Assembly (NCBI RefSeq): GCF_003334385.1
Contig: NZ_QOWN01000024.1
DNA length: 64,000 nucleotides
Reading direction: 5' to 3' (one strand)
DNA from: Escherichia coli
GTDB taxonomy: Bacteria; Pseudomonadota; Gammaproteobacteria; Enterobacterales; Enterobacteriaceae
A program made the position numbers and the translations under genes. Under the pieces are notes generated by a model. The model searched no databases. It saw only the letters and a list, made by a program, of their open reading frames with translations, and was not told where the DNA came from. Of this stretch, positions 47,446 through 59,307 are shown in pieces (the first letter of the stretch is position 1; each line of letters starts with the position of its first letter).

Positions 47446-47704
47446 TCATTTGCCGCCTGCTGCAATGAGGCGTATAGGCCGCATATCAGCTTAAAAAATG
47501 AACCATCGCCAACGGCGGTGGTTTTTTTGTGAACAATTTCAAAATAAAAACAATGATCCGATAAAAATAAAACAGCGTTTCAATTGATGTGGTTTTGATC
47601 ACTTTTATTGATTAAATGAATGTCTATCTTCGTTTCCATCAACACTGATGCTCCATTGAGGAATTACGCATCAGCCCTTAAAAATATGCCGACAGGTGAT
47701 GGAA

Positions 47705-48688
47705 ATGCAGATAAAACGCTCGATTGAGAAAATCCCGGGGGGGATGATGCTCGTCCCGCTATTCCTTGGCGCACTGTGCCACACCTTCTCGCCGGGGGCG
47801 GGGAAATATTTTGGATCATTCACCAACGGGATGATTACCGGTACGGTGCCCATTCTGGCGGTGTGGTTTTTTTGCATGGGGGCGTCAATAAAATTAAGCG
47901 CGACGGGAACGGTACTGCGTAAATCCGGTACGCTGGTGGTAACTAAAATTGCCGTCGCGTGGGTGGTTGCGGCAATTGCCTCGCGTATTATTCCGGAACA
48001 TGGTGTTGAAGTTGGATTCTTTGCCGGACTTTCAACGCTGGCGCTGGTGGCGGCGATGGATATGACCAATGGCGGACTTTACGCTTCCATCATGCAGCAG
48101 TACGGCACAAAAGAAGAAGCTGGGGCATTTGTGTTGATGTCGTTGGAGTCCGGGCCGCTCATGACGATGATTATTCTGGGCACTGCCGGGATTGCCTCGT
48201 TTGAACCGCATGTTTTCGTCGGCGCAGTATTACCGTTCCTGGTGGGCTTTGCCCTGGGGAACCTTGACCCTGAATTGCGAGAATTTTTCAGCAAAGCGGT
48301 GCAAACGCTGATTCCATTCTTTGCCTTCGCGCTGGGCAATACCATTGATTTGACTGTGATTGCCCAGACTGGTTTGCTGGGGATCCTGTTGGGTGTGGCA
48401 GTAATTATCGTGACCGGTATTCCGTTGATTATCGCCGATAAATTGATTGGCGGTGGCGATGGCACTGCCGGAATTGCCGCTTCCAGTTCCGCAGGGGCCG
48501 CGGTAGCGACACCTGTGCTGATTGCAGAAATGGTGCCTGCGTTTAAACCGATGGCTCCGGCAGCAACTTCGCTGGTAGCGACGGCGGTCATTGTGACTTC
48601 GATTCTGGTGCCAATTCTTACCTCTATCTGGTCACGTAAAGTCAAAGCCAGAGCAGCGAAAATCGAAATTTTAGGTACGGTGAAATAA
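47705..48688 (+). CDS. kdgT: 2-keto-3-deoxygluconate permease
   Basis: ORF 47696..48688 trimmed to [23 protein letters not shown], 327 aa membrane protein. Confidence 0.93.
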
Positions 48689-48836
48689 ACCTGCTTCCTT
48701 AATCCCCACAGCCGGATGAACTAACGTTCGTCCGGTTTGCTATTGAGTTCCTGCCTGGATACTTACCGCGAAAACAGCACGCCTGACATAAAATAAATAT
48801 GGTCTAATGGGGAAATTTCTCGTGGAGAGGGAACAG

Positions 48837-49511
48837 ATGCGATATCCGGTTGATGTATACACAGGCAAGATTCAGGCTTATCCCGAAGGCAAACCCAGCG
48901 CAATTGCTAAAATCCAGGTTGATGGTGAGTTGATGCTGACGGAGCTGGGGCTGGAAGGTGACGAGCAGGCGGAGAAAAAGGTTCACGGCGGGCCAGACAG
49001 AGCGCTGTGTCATTATCCTCGTGAGCATTATCTCTACTGGGCGCGGGAATTTCCGGAACAGGCGGAGTTGTTTGTTGCGCCTGCGTTTGGTGAAAACCTC
49101 TCAACCGACGGCCTGACGGAAAGTAATGTTTATATGGGCGATATTTTCCGCTGGGGAGAGGCATTAATTCAGGTCAGCCAGCCGCGCTCGCCTTGCTATA
49201 AACTCAATTACCATTTTGATATCAGCGATATAGCGCAGTTGATGCAAAACACAGGTAAGGTGGGGTGGTTGTATAGCGTGATAGCGCCAGGGAAAGTGTC
49301 TGCGGACGCGCCGCTGGAGTTGGTTTCCCGTGTCAGCGATGTGACCGTGCAGGAGGCTGCCGCCATCGCATGGCATATGCCGTTTGATGACGATCAATAT
49401 CACCGTTTACTCTCCGCTGCCGGGTTATCGAAAAGCTGGACGCGGACGATGCAAAAGCGCCGACTGAGCGGCAAGATCGAAGATTTTTCCCGCCGGTTGT
49501 GGGGAAAATAA
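48837..49511 (+). CDS. yiiM: MOSC-domain protein (N-hydroxylated base analog detoxification)
   Basis: ORF 48807..49511 trimmed to MRYPVDVYTGKIQAYPEGKPSAIAK, 224 aa. Confidence 0.88.
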   Translation: MRYPVDVYTGKIQAYPEGKPSAIAKIQVDGELMLTELGLEGDEQAEKKVHGGPDRALCHYPREHYLYWAREFPEQAELFVAPAFGENLSTDGLTESNVYMGDIFRWGEALIQVSQPRSPCYKLNYHFDISDIAQLMQNTGKVGWLYSVIAPGKVSADAPLELVSRVSDVTVQEAAAIAWHMPFDDDQYHRLLSAAGLSKSWTRTMQKRRLSGKIEDFSRRLWGK

Positions 49512-49520
49512 CCCCCGGAG

Positions 49521-49606
49521 TGTAGGCCTGATAAGACGCTATCAGCGTCGCATCAGGCATCCTGCTCAAATGCCTGATGCGGCGTAAACGCCTTATCCTG
49601 CCTGCA
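49521..49606. repeat. REP palindromic elements
   Basis: gtaggcctgataagacgctatcagcgtcgcatcaggc and gcctgatgcggcgtaaacgccttatcc between convergent yiiM and cpxA. Confidence 0.8.
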
Positions 49607-49616
49607 AATGCGAAGT

Positions 49617-50990
49617 TTAACTCCGCTTATACAGCGGCAACCAAATCACCAGCCGTAAACCGCCCAGCGGGCTGTCTTCTGCCTTCACCCAGCCACGATG
49701 CTGCTGAATGGCGGTTTCAACAATCGCCAGCCCCAAACCTGTACCGCCAGATTCACGATCGCGTGCTTCATCGGTACGATAGAACGGACGGAAAATCTGT
49801 TCGCGATCTTCCGGGCTAACGCCAGGACCATCGTCGTCCACCGTAATGGTGATACCGTCTTTATCTACCGCAAAGCCCACTTCAATCTTCGTATGGGAAT
49901 AACGCAGAGCATTACGAACAATGTTTTCCAGCGCACTTTCCAGGGCGTTCGGATTGCCGTACAGCGGCCACGGCCCAGGCGGGAAGTTAACTGTCAACGA
50001 CTTGCCCATTTGCTCGGCTTCGAACGCCGCGTTATCCAGCACTTCACTCCACAACTGGTTGGCTTTGATGGTTTCGCTAACCAGCGCGTTTTTTTGCTGA
50101 TTACGTGACATCACCAACAGATCGTTGATCATGCTGTCCAGACGTTGCGCTTCGGTTTCAATACGCTCCAGTTCCTTGCTTTCACCGCTACGACGGCGCA
50201 GTAACGCCGTACCCAGTTGCAGACGCGTCAGCGGGGTGCGCAGCTCGTGAGAGATATCAGAAAGCAGACGCTGCTGAGAGGTCATCATGCGCTCCAGCGC
50301 GGTGACCATCTGGTTAAAACTGGCACCTGCGGCAAGGAATTCCTGTGGCCCCGCTTCCAGTTCCGGGTGCTGGCGTAAGTTTCCCTGGGCAACTTCATCG
50401 GCAGCGTTTTTCAGCTTACGCGCCGGTTTTGCCAGACTCCAGGCCAACCACAACAGCAGCGGCGTACTGACCAACATGGTGACAATCAGCAGTAATAGCG
50501 GGCGGTCAAACAGTAAGTTAATGAAATCGGATTGAGAACTGCTGGCCGGACGAATCAGATAAAGTTGGTAATTATCTTCGCCATCACGCACGGAGAACGG
50601 ACCGACCAGTTCCACGCGGCCATACTTTTTCTTCTGCGGATGATCGGCGTTATCGGCCTGACCAATAAAGTTACGAATGATCTGCATTTCGCTGCGTTCA
50701 GCGCCGATCACGCGGCCTTCGGTGGTCACCAATAACAAACGCTGTCCTGGCGGTGCCCACTTATCAATCGCCCGGAACAGACGCCGCCACCACATTAAAT
50801 CGTTGGGCGGATCGTTCGCCAGCTCCGCTTCGACATGCTGCTCAATCATCAGCCCCTGACGCTGTTCGCTATCCAGAAGCTCGGTCATCTGGCGTGAATC
50901 GAGCTTGGGTAACATCAAAACCAACATCAACACCAGCGCCAGCGTCAGCCAGAAGATGGCGAAGATGCGCGCGGTTAAGCTGCCTATCAT
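49617..50990 (-). CDS. cpxA: envelope stress sensor histidine kinase CpxA
   Basis: 457-aa ORF MIGSLTARIFAIFWLTLALVLMLVLML; HAMP, H-box HELRTPLTRL, ATPase G-boxes. Confidence 0.95.
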   Translation of the reverse strand: MIGSLTARIFAIFWLTLALVLMLVLMLPKLDSRQMTELLDSEQRQGLMIEQHVEAELANDPPNDLMWWRRLFRAIDKWAPPGQRLLLVTTEGRVIGAERSEMQIIRNFIGQADNADHPQKKKYGRVELVGPFSVRDGEDNYQLYLIRPASSSQSDFINLLFDRPLLLLIVTMLVSTPLLLWLAWSLAKPARKLKNAADEVAQGNLRQHPELEAGPQEFLAAGASFNQMVTALERMMTSQQRLLSDISHELRTPLTRLQLGTALLRRRSGESKELERIETEAQRLDSMINDLLVMSRNQQKNALVSETIKANQLWSEVLDNAAFEAEQMGKSLTVNFPPGPWPLYGNPNALESALENIVRNALRYSHTKIEVGFAVDKDGITITVDDDGPGVSPEDREQIFRPFYRTDEARDRESGGTGLGLAIVETAIQQHRGWVKAEDSPLGGLRLVIWLPLYKRS

Positions 50991-51685
50991 GAAGCAGAAA
51001 CCATCAGATAGCCGCGACCACGCAAGGTTTTAAACCACGGGTGACCATCTTTACGATCCGGCAGTTTACGACGCAGGTTGGAAATGTGCATATCAATAGC
51101 GCGGTCGAAAGGCGTCAGGCGTTTGCCCAACACTTCCTGGCTTAAATGTTCACGGGAAACCACCTGACCCAGATGCTGTGCCAGCAAATAGAGCAGGGTA
51201 AACTCAGTACCGGTTAACTCCAGCGTTTGCCCGTCGAAGCTGGCTTCCTGACGGCCTGGATTCAGCACTAAGGCATCAACTTCCAGTGTCGGTGAACCGT
51301 TGTCGTTGTTTTGCTGTTGCTCGCTCCAGTGCGAACGGCGCAGGATCGCGCGAATACGTGCCACCAGCTCACGATCATTAAACGGTTTCGGGAGATAGTC
51401 ATCTGCGCCCAGCTCAAGGCCGAGAACGCGATCAAGTTCACTGCCGCGCGCCGTCAACATAATGACAGGCGTCTGGTGTGTCTGGCGAAGTGCTTTTAAT
51501 GTGTCGATACCATTTTTCTTCGGCATCATTACGTCAAGCAAAAGTAAATCAATGCTGTCGTCCAGAAGATCAAGCGCCTGTTCCCCATCGTGGGCAACAA
51601 TCACGTTGAAGCCTTCCATCTCGAGCAGCTCCTTTAATAGGGAAGTCAGCTCTCGGTCATCATCAACTAACAGGATTTTATTCAT
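50987..51685 (-). CDS. cpxR: envelope stress response regulator CpxR (OmpR family)
   Basis: 232-aa ORF MNKILLVDDDRELTSLLKELLEMEGF; overlaps cpxA start by 4 nt. Confidence 0.96.
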   Translation of the reverse strand: MNKILLVDDDRELTSLLKELLEMEGFNVIVAHDGEQALDLLDDSIDLLLLDVMMPKKNGIDTLKALRQTHQTPVIMLTARGSELDRVLGLELGADDYLPKPFNDRELVARIRAILRRSHWSEQQQNNDNGSPTLEVDALVLNPGRQEASFDGQTLELTGTEFTLLYLLAQHLGQVVSREHLSQEVLGKRLTPFDRAIDMHISNLRRKLPDRKDGHPWFKTLRGRGYLMVSAS

Positions 51686-51740
51686 TGTTTAAATACCTCC
51701 GAGGCAGAAATTACGTCATCAGACGTCGCTAATCCATGAC

Positions 51741-51800
51741 TTTACGTTGTTTTACACCCCCTGACGCATGTTTGCAGCCTGAATCGTAAACTCTCTATCG
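51741..51800 (-). promoter_or_regulatory. CpxR-P binding boxes in the cpxR-cpxP divergent promoter region
   Basis: Minus strand GTAAAacaacGTAAA at 51741-51755 (CpxR consensus GTAAA-N5-GTAAA) and a further GTAAA half-site near 51786. Confidence 0.7.
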
Positions 51801-51834
51801 TTGAATCGCGACAGAAAGATTTTGGGAGCAAATG

Positions 51835-52335
51835 ATGCGCATAGTTACCGCTGCCGTCATGGCCTCAACGCTGGCAGTCAGTTCATTAAGCCACGCTGCT
51901 GAAGTCGGTTCAGGCGATAACTGGCATCCGGGTGAAGAACTTACGCAGCGCAGTACGCAGAGCCATATGTTCGACGGCATAAGTTTAACCGAACATCAGC
52001 GTCAGCAGATGCGAGATCTTATGCAACAGGCCCGGCACGAACAGCCTCCTGTTAATGTTAGCGAACTGGAGACAATGCATCGCCTTGTCACCGCAGAAAA
52101 TTTTGATGAAAACGCTGTGCGCGCACAGGCAGAAAAAATGGCGAATGAGCAAATTGCTCGTCAGGTTGAGATGGCAAAAGTCCGCAACCAAATGTATCGC
52201 CTGTTAACGCCGGAGCAGCAAGCGGTTTTAAACGAGAAACATCAACAACGAATGGAGCAGTTGCGTGACGTGACGCAATGGCAAAAAAGTTCATCGTTGA
52301 AGCTATTGAGTAGTAGCAACTCACGTTCCCAGTAG
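51835..52335 (+). CDS. cpxP: periplasmic Cpx pathway inhibitor/adaptor CpxP
   Basis: ORF 51832..52335; [21 protein letters not shown] signal peptide; LTxxQ motifs ([18 protein letters not shown]). Confidence 0.93.
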
Positions 52336-52344
52336 TAAACCCTG

Positions 52345-52402
52345 TTTTCCTTGCCATAGACACCATCCCTGTCTTCCCCCACATGCTGTGGGGGTTTTTT
52401 TT
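52345..52402 (+). ncRNA. cpxQ: cpxP 3'UTR-derived sRNA (CpxQ-like) ending at the cpxP terminator
   Basis: Sequence ttccttgccatagacaccatccctgtcttcccccacatgctgtgggggtttttttt immediately after the cpxP stop; hairpin cccccacatgctgtggggg plus T8. 5' end approximate. Confidence 0.5.
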
Positions 52403-52483
52403 ATCCTCAATTTGCCTGCTGCTTAATGCATTGCAGATGATTTGCTTCCGTTATACTAGCGTCAGTTGATAGCGGGAGTATTT

Positions 52484-53386
52484 ATGAATCAATCTTATGG
52501 ACGGCTGGTCAGTCGGGCGGCGATTGCTGCGACGGCGATGGCTTCGCTGCTATTGCTGATTAAAATTTTTGCATGGTGGTATACCGGGTCGGTGAGTATT
52601 CTCGCCGCGCTGGTGGATTCGCTGGTGGATATCGGCGCGTCGTTGACGAATTTATTGGTGGTGCGATATTCCCTGCAACCTGCCGACGATAATCACTCGT
52701 TTGGTCACGGTAAAGCTGAGTCCCTCGCGGCGCTGGCGCAAAGTATGTTTATCTCCGGTTCGGCACTATTCCTGTTTTTGACGGGTATTCAACATCTGAT
52801 ATCTCCAACACCGATGACAGATCCAGGCGTCGGGGTTATCGTGACAATTGTGGCGCTAATTTGTACGATTATCCTTGTCTCGTTTCAGCGTTGGGTGGTG
52901 CGGCGGACGCAAAGCCAGGCGGTGCGGGCTGATATGCTACATTACCAGTCTGATGTTATGATGAACGGCGCAATTCTGCTGGCGCTGGGGTTGTCCTGGT
53001 ACGGCTGGCATCGCGCCGATGCTCTGTTTGCATTGGGAATCGGCATCTATATTTTATATAGCGCGTTACGCATGGGATATGAGGCGGTACAGTCATTACT
53101 GGATCGCGCATTGCCTGATGAGGAACGGCAAGAAATTATTGATATCGTGACTTCCTGGCCGGGTGTTAGCGGCGCTCACGATCTTCGCACGCGGCAGTCA
53201 GGGCCGACCCGCTTTATTCAGATTCATTTGGAAATGGAAGACTCTCTGCCTTTGGTTCAGGCACATATGGTGGCGGATCAGGTAGAGCAGGCTATTTTAC
53301 GGCGTTTTCCGGGATCGGATGTAATTATCCATCAGGACCCCTGTTCCGTCGTACCCAGGGAGGGTAAACGGTCTATGCTTTCATAA
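52484..53386 (+). CDS. fieF: cation diffusion facilitator (Fe/Zn efflux) FieF/YiiP
   Basis: ORF 52466..53386 trimmed to [49 protein letters not shown], 300 aa. Confidence 0.93.
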
Positions 53387-53566
53387 TCAGTATAAAAGAG
53401 AGCCAGACCCGCATTTTGTGTATAAAATACCGCCATTTGGCCTGACCTGAATCAATTCAGCAGGAAGTGATTGTTATACTATTTGCACATTCGTTGGATC
53501 ACTTCGATGTGCAAGAAGACTTCCGGCAACAGATTTCATTTTGCATTCCAAAGTTCAGAGGTAGTC

Positions 53567-54529
53567 ATGATTAAGAAAATCGGTGTGTTGACAAGCGGCG
53601 GTGATGCGCCAGGCATGAACGCCGCAATTCGCGGGGTTGTTCGTTCTGCGCTGACAGAAGGTCTGGAAGTAATGGGTATTTATGACGGCTATCTGGGTCT
53701 GTATGAAGACCGTATGGTACAGCTAGACCGTTACAGCGTGTCTGACATGATCAACCGTGGCGGTACGTTCCTCGGTTCTGCGCGTTTCCCGGAATTCCGC
53801 GACGAGAACATCCGCGCCGTGGCTATCGAAAACCTGAAAAAACGTGGTATCGACGCGCTGGTGGTTATCGGCGGTGACGGTTCCTACATGGGTGCAATGC
53901 GTCTGACCGAAATGGGCTTCCCGTGCATCGGTCTGCCGGGCACTATCGACAACGACATCAAAGGCACTGACTACACTATCGGTTTCTTCACTGCGCTGAG
54001 CACCGTTGTAGAAGCGATCGACCGTCTGCGTGACACCTCTTCTTCTCACCAGCGTATTTCCGTGGTGGAAGTGATGGGCCGTTATTGTGGAGATCTGACG
54101 TTGGCTGCGGCCATTGCCGGTGGCTGTGAATTCGTTGTGGTTCCGGAAGTTGAATTCAGCCGTGAAGACCTGGTAAACGAAATCAAAGCGGGTATCGCGA
54201 AAGGTAAAAAACACGCGATCGTGGCGATTACCGAACATATGTGTGATGTTGACGAACTGGCGCATTTCATCGAGAAAGAAACCGGTCGTGAAACCCGCGC
54301 AACTGTGCTGGGCCACATCCAGCGCGGTGGTTCTCCGGTGCCTTACGACCGTATTCTGGCTTCCCGTATGGGCGCTTACGCTATCGATCTGCTGCTGGCA
54401 GGTTACGGCGGTCGTTGTGTAGGTATCCAGAACGAACAGCTGGTTCACCACGACATCATCGACGCTATCGAAAACATGAAGCGTCCGTTCAAAGGTGACT
54501 GGCTGGACTGCGCGAAAAAACTGTATTAA
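53567..54529 (+). CDS. pfkA: 6-phosphofructokinase I
   Basis: ORF 53471..54529 trimmed to [26 protein letters not shown] with SD GAGG upstream, 320 aa. Confidence 0.97.
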
Positions 54530-54584
54530 TGATTTCGGAAAAAGGCAGATTCCTTTACCCTGAAACCGATGACAGAAGCAAAAA

Positions 54585-54692
54585 TGCCTGATGCGCTTCG
54601 CTTATCAGGCCTACATGAATTCTGCAATTTATTGAATTTGCAAACTTTTGTAGGCCGGATAAGGCGTTCGCGCCGCATCCGGCATGGACAAA
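54585..54692. repeat. REP palindromic elements
   Basis: atgcctgatgcgcttcgcttatcaggcctac ... gtaggccggataaggcgttcgcgccgcatccggc between pfkA and sbp. Confidence 0.8.
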
Positions 54693-54848
54693 GCGCACTT
54701 TGTCAGCAATATGAGGCGGATTTCTTCCGCCTTTTTAATCCCTCAACATATACCCGCAAGTTATAGCCAATCTTTTTTTATTCTTTAATGTTTGGTTAAC
54801 CTTCTGGCACGCTTTGCTCATCACAACACAACATAAGAGAGTCGGGCG

Positions 54849-55838
54849 ATGAACAAGTGGGGCGTAGGGTTAACATTTTTGCTGGCGGCAACCAGCGTTA
54901 TGGCAAAGGATATTCAGCTTCTTAACGTTTCATATGATCCAACGCGCGAATTGTACGAACAGTACAACAAGGCATTCAGCGCCCACTGGAAACAGCAAAC
55001 TGGTGATAACGTGGTGATTCGTCAGTCACACGGTGGCTCAGGTAAACAAGCGACGTCGGTAATCAACGGTATTGAAGCTGATGTTGTCACGCTGGCTCTG
55101 GCCTATGACGTGGACGCAATTGCGGAACGCGGGCGGATTGATAAAGAGTGGATCAAACGTCTGCCGGATAACTCCGCACCGTACACTTCCACCATTGTTT
55201 TCCTGGTACGTAAGGGAAATCCGAAGCAGATCCATGACTGGAACGATCTGATTAAACCGGGTGTTTCGGTGATCACGCCTAATCCGAAAAGCTCTGGTGG
55301 CGCGCGCTGGAACTACCTGGCAGCCTGGGGCTACGCGCTGCATCACAACAACAACGATCAGGCAAAAGCACAGGATTTTGTTCGGGCACTGTATAAAAAC
55401 GTCGAAGTTCTGGATTCTGGCGCGCGTGGCTCCACTAACACTTTTGTCGAGCGCGGAATTGGCGATGTACTGATTGCCTGGGAAAACGAAGCTCTGCTGG
55501 CAGCGAATGAACTGGGGAAAGATAAATTCGAAATCGTCACGCCGAGTGAGTCTATCCTCGCAGAGCCAACCGTGTCGGTGGTCGATAAAGTGGTCGAGAA
55601 AAAAGGTACTAAAGAGGTGGCGGAAGCCTACCTGAAATATCTCTACTCGCCAGAAGGTCAGGAAATTGCCGCGAAAAACTACTACCGTCCGCGCGACGCT
55701 GAGGTGGCGAAAAAGTACGAAAATGCGTTTCCAAAGCTGAAGTTATTCACCATTGATGAAGAGTTCGGCGGCTGGACGAAAGCGCAAAAAGAGCATTTTG
55801 CTAACGGCGGTACGTTCGATCAGATCAGCAAACGCTGA
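54849..55838 (+). CDS. sbp: periplasmic sulfate-binding protein
   Basis: 329-aa [39 protein letters not shown]. Confidence 0.95.
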
Positions 55839-55860
55839 TTTCCCCAGGATAATTATCAAA

Positions 55861-55890
55861 CCCGGTGGTTTCTCGCGACCGGGTTTTTTA
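55861..55890 (+). terminator. rho-independent terminator after sbp
   Basis: Hairpin cccggtggtttctcgcgaccggg followed by a T-run. Confidence 0.75.
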
Positions 55891-55944
55891 TTTGTCACGA
55901 TTTTGCGTTACCCTTGCATCTCTTTGAGGTACAGGGAAAAAAAG

Positions 55945-56700
55945 ATGAAAAAAGCGGGTCTTCTTTTTTTGGTGATGATAGTTATCGCCGTTGTGGCTGC
56001 CGGTATTGGTTACTGGAAATTAACCGGTGAAGAGTCGGATACATTACGTAAGATTGTCCTTGAGGAATGTTTGCCCAATCAGCAGCAAAATCAAAATCCT
56101 TCGCCATGTGCGGAAGTCAAACCCAATGCCGGATACGTGGTTTTAAAAGATCTTAATGGCCCACTGCAATATCTGTTGATGCCAACGTATCGTATTAACG
56201 GTACTGAAAGTCCTTTGTTGACCGATCCTTCAACGCCGAACTTCTTTTGGTTGGCTTGGCAGGCGCGTGATTTTATGAGCAAAAAATACGGCCAGCCGGT
56301 TCCCGATCGCGCGGTTTCTTTGGCGATCAACTCCCGCACCGGGCGTACGCAAAACCATTTTCATATTCATATCTCTTGTATTCGTCCTGATGTGCGCAAA
56401 CAGCTGGATAACAATCTGGCGAACATCAGCAGCCGCTGGTTGCCACTGCCAGGTGGTTTGCGCGGGCATGAATACCTGGCGCGTCGGGTAACGGAAAGCG
56501 AACTGGTACAACGCAGCCCATTTATGATGCTGGCAGAAGAAGTACCTGAGGCGCGGGAACATATGGGACGCTACGGGCTGGCGATGGTACGGCAGAGTGA
56601 TAACTCATTTGTATTGCTGGCGACACAACGAAATCTACTGACGCTTAACCGTGCTTCAGCCGAGGAAATTCAGGATCATCAGTGTGAGATTTTGCGTTAA
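55945..56700 (+). CDS. cdh: CDP-diacylglycerol pyrophosphatase
   Basis: ORF 55753..56700 trimmed to [26 protein letters not shown], 251 aa; HxHxH motif (NHFHIHISC). Confidence 0.92.
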
Positions 56701-56721
56701 GGCGAAGAGTTAAGGAAAGTA

Positions 56722-56746
56722 AGTGCCGGATATGAAATCCGGCACC
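56722..56746. terminator. bidirectional hairpin between convergent cdh and tpiA
   Basis: gtgccggatatgaaatccggcac palindrome. Confidence 0.6.
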
Positions 56747-56754
56747 TGTCAGAC

Positions 56755-57522
56755 TTAAGCCTGTTTAGCCGCTTCTGCAGCTTTAACGATTACTGCGAAG
56801 GCGTCAGCTTTCAGAGAAGCACCACCAACCAGCGCGCCGTCGATATCCGGCTGAGCAAACAGTTCTGCAGCGTTAGACGCGTTTACAGAGCCGCCGTACT
56901 GAATGATCACTTGTTCAGCGATGTTAGCGTCAACTTTAGCGATGTGGTCACGGATGAATTTGTGAACAGCCTGTGCCTGAGCCGGAGTTGCAGATTTGCC
57001 AGTACCGATTGCCCATACAGGTTCGTAAGCGATAACCGCACCTTCGAATGCCGCAGCACCCTGAGTTTTCAGTACCGCGTCGATCTGACGTGCGCAAACT
57101 TCTTCAGTTTTGCCCGCTTCATTTTCAGCTTCGGTTTCACCGATGCACAGAACCGGAGTCAGGCCCTGCTCTTTCAGCACCGCGAATTTTTTCGCGATCA
57201 GTTCGTCAGATTCTTTGTGGTAAGTACGACGTTCAGAGTGACCGATGATGATGTACTGTGCGCCGATGTCTTTCAGCATAGCAGCAGAGGTTTCACCGGT
57301 GAATGCGCCGGACAGGTTCAGGTCCACGTTTTGCGCACCCAGCATGATGTGGCTGCCTTCAGCTTCGCGCTTCGCCATATCGATATACATTTCCGGTGGT
57401 GCGATTGCAACCGCACAGCCAGCAACACCTGCCAGCTCTTTACGCAGGTTAGAAACCAGCTCGTGAACCATGTGGCGGCTGCCGTTCAGTTTCCAGTTAC
57501 CCATCACTAAAGGATGTCGCAT
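56755..57522 (-). CDS. tpiA: triosephosphate isomerase
   Basis: 255-aa [29 protein letters not shown]; catalytic IGHSERR and [11 protein letters not shown] motifs. Confidence 0.97.
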
Positions 57523-57629
57523 TTTAATTCTCCACGCTTATAAGCGAATAAAGGAAGATGGCCGCCCCGCAGGGCAGCAGGTCTGTGAAACAGTATAGAG
57601 ATTCATCGGCACAAAGGCTTTGCTTTTTG

Positions 57630-58229
57630 TCATTTATTCAAACCTTCAAGCGATTCAGATAGCGCCAGCTTAATCGGTTCAACAGCGAAGGTCAGCCCCT
57701 TTTCGCCGTTGTCCGCGACAACATAACGCAGTGCACCTTCTGTCTCGGTGTAATAACGTTTGTTTTTCCCCGCCGTTAGTAGCGACTGCAGTTTTTTCTG
57801 GCTTTGTGTTTTGGTCATTAATGGGGTGAGTGTGCGGATCACCGCTGCCATGTATTCCTGAGCTTTCGCTTTCGCGGCTTTTTGCTCTGGCCCCTGGATG
57901 GGTAGCCAGGTCATTTGAATGCTTTTGATTTTTAAGGTACCGCGCTCCAGCGCTGTAGAAGCATACAAGTTCTCATTAATTTTACTTGCAGCACGAGTGA
58001 GATTGGCTTTGTCGGGACTGCTGTCGATGGCACGAAATTCGTTCAGTGGCAGGCTGGGATTCTGGCTGTTAAAGTCTTCTCGAAACTGGCTGATGGAGAG
58101 ATCGAAAGTAGGGGCTCCAGCCAGCAGATAAGGCGCGGTCGTTGCCGTATCTGGTGTTTGTGCATGCGCCGCTGTTGTAACGGTTAATGCAGAACATAAG
58201 AGAAAAAACAGCGTACACCCTGGCTTCAT
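57630..58229 (-). CDS. yiiQ: periplasmic protein YiiQ (DUF1454)
   Basis: 199-aa ORF with signal peptide MKPGCTLFFLLCSALTVTTAAHAQ. Confidence 0.85.
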   Translation of the reverse strand: MKPGCTLFFLLCSALTVTTAAHAQTPDTATTAPYLLAGAPTFDLSISQFREDFNSQNPSLPLNEFRAIDSSPDKANLTRAASKINENLYASTALERGTLKIKSIQMTWLPIQGPEQKAAKAKAQEYMAAVIRTLTPLMTKTQSQKKLQSLLTAGKNKRYYTETEGALRYVVADNGEKGLTFAVEPIKLALSESLEGLNK

Positions 58230-58329
58230 TGACAGTACCTTTTGTTATGACTGGCTCCGATTAAAACGATATCTGTCGCCCTTGTCAAAAGGGTAGAATC
58301 CTGGAAAAGACAACCATCAAGGAACTTAC

Positions 58330-58770
58330 ATGACCATACAGCAATGGTTATTCTCATTTAAAGGGCGTATTGGACGCCGTGATTTCTGGATTTGGATAGG
58401 CCTGTGGTTCGCAGGCATGCTGGTGCTTTTCTCACTGGCGGGTAAGAATCTACTCGATATTCAGACCGCGGCGTTTTGCCTTGTGTGCTTGCTCTGGCCA
58501 ACAGCGGCAGTAACTGTTAAGCGCTTGCATGATCGCGGGCGTTCCGGCGCATGGGCATTTCTGATGATTGTGGCGTGGATGCTGCTGGCGGGTAACTGGG
58601 CGATTTTACCGGGTGTCTGGCAATGGGCGGTGGGGCGTTTTGTCCCGACGTTGATTCTGGTGATGATGCTTATCGATCTTGGTGCGTTTGTTGGCACACA
58701 AGGCGAAAATAAATATGGTAAAGATACTCAGGATGTGAAGTATAAAGCCGACAATAAATCAAGTAATTAA
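58330..58770 (+). CDS. yiiR: inner membrane protein YiiR (DUF805)
   Basis: 146-aa ORF MTIQQWLFSFKGRIGRRDFWIW typical of DUF805. Confidence 0.85.
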   Translation: MTIQQWLFSFKGRIGRRDFWIWIGLWFAGMLVLFSLAGKNLLDIQTAAFCLVCLLWPTAAVTVKRLHDRGRSGAWAFLMIVAWMLLAGNWAILPGVWQWAVGRFVPTLILVMMLIDLGAFVGTQGENKYGKDTQDVKYKADNKSSN

Positions 58771-58981
58771 CCTTTAATATATCTCTTACTGCTATTTTTT
58801 TCCGGGATTGTTATTTCCACGATGCAAATGACAATACCCGGAAAATCCTTCTGAACTCTTCACCTTAAGCAATATCAAAAAAAATGGTAATCCATAAGAT
58901 CATTACTTGTTTGTTCTTCCCTTAACGGCGCATTATTCTTAAGTCGTAATCGACAGAGAGGCGAATATACAGAGGTGCCCT

Positions 58982-59281
58982 ATGAAAGATGTCGTAGATA
59001 AATGCAGTACTAAAGGATGTGCGATTGATATCGGTACGGTGATTGATAACGACAACTGTACCAGTAAGTTTTCGCGCTTTTTTGCCACCCGCGAAGAAGC
59101 AGAGTCTTTTATGACCAAACTGAAAGAGCTTGCCGCCGCTACATCCTCTGCAGATGAAGGGGCCAGCGTGGCCTATAAGATTAAGGATCTGGAGGGGCAA
59201 GTTGAGCTTGATGCGGCCTTCACTTTCTCATGCCAGGCCGAGATGATTATTTTTGAGTTATCACTGCGTTCGTTAGCTTGA
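58982..59281 (+). CDS. yiiS: UPF0381 family protein YiiS
   Basis: 99-aa ORF; conserved position before uspD. Confidence 0.8.
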
Positions 59282-59307
59282 TGGAGTTGCTTTAGAAGGA
59301 GTTAAAC

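Noticed and set aside
53723-54451. 242-aa minus-strand ORF inside pfkA
   Set aside because: Antisense shadow ORF opposite a well-conserved glycolytic gene.
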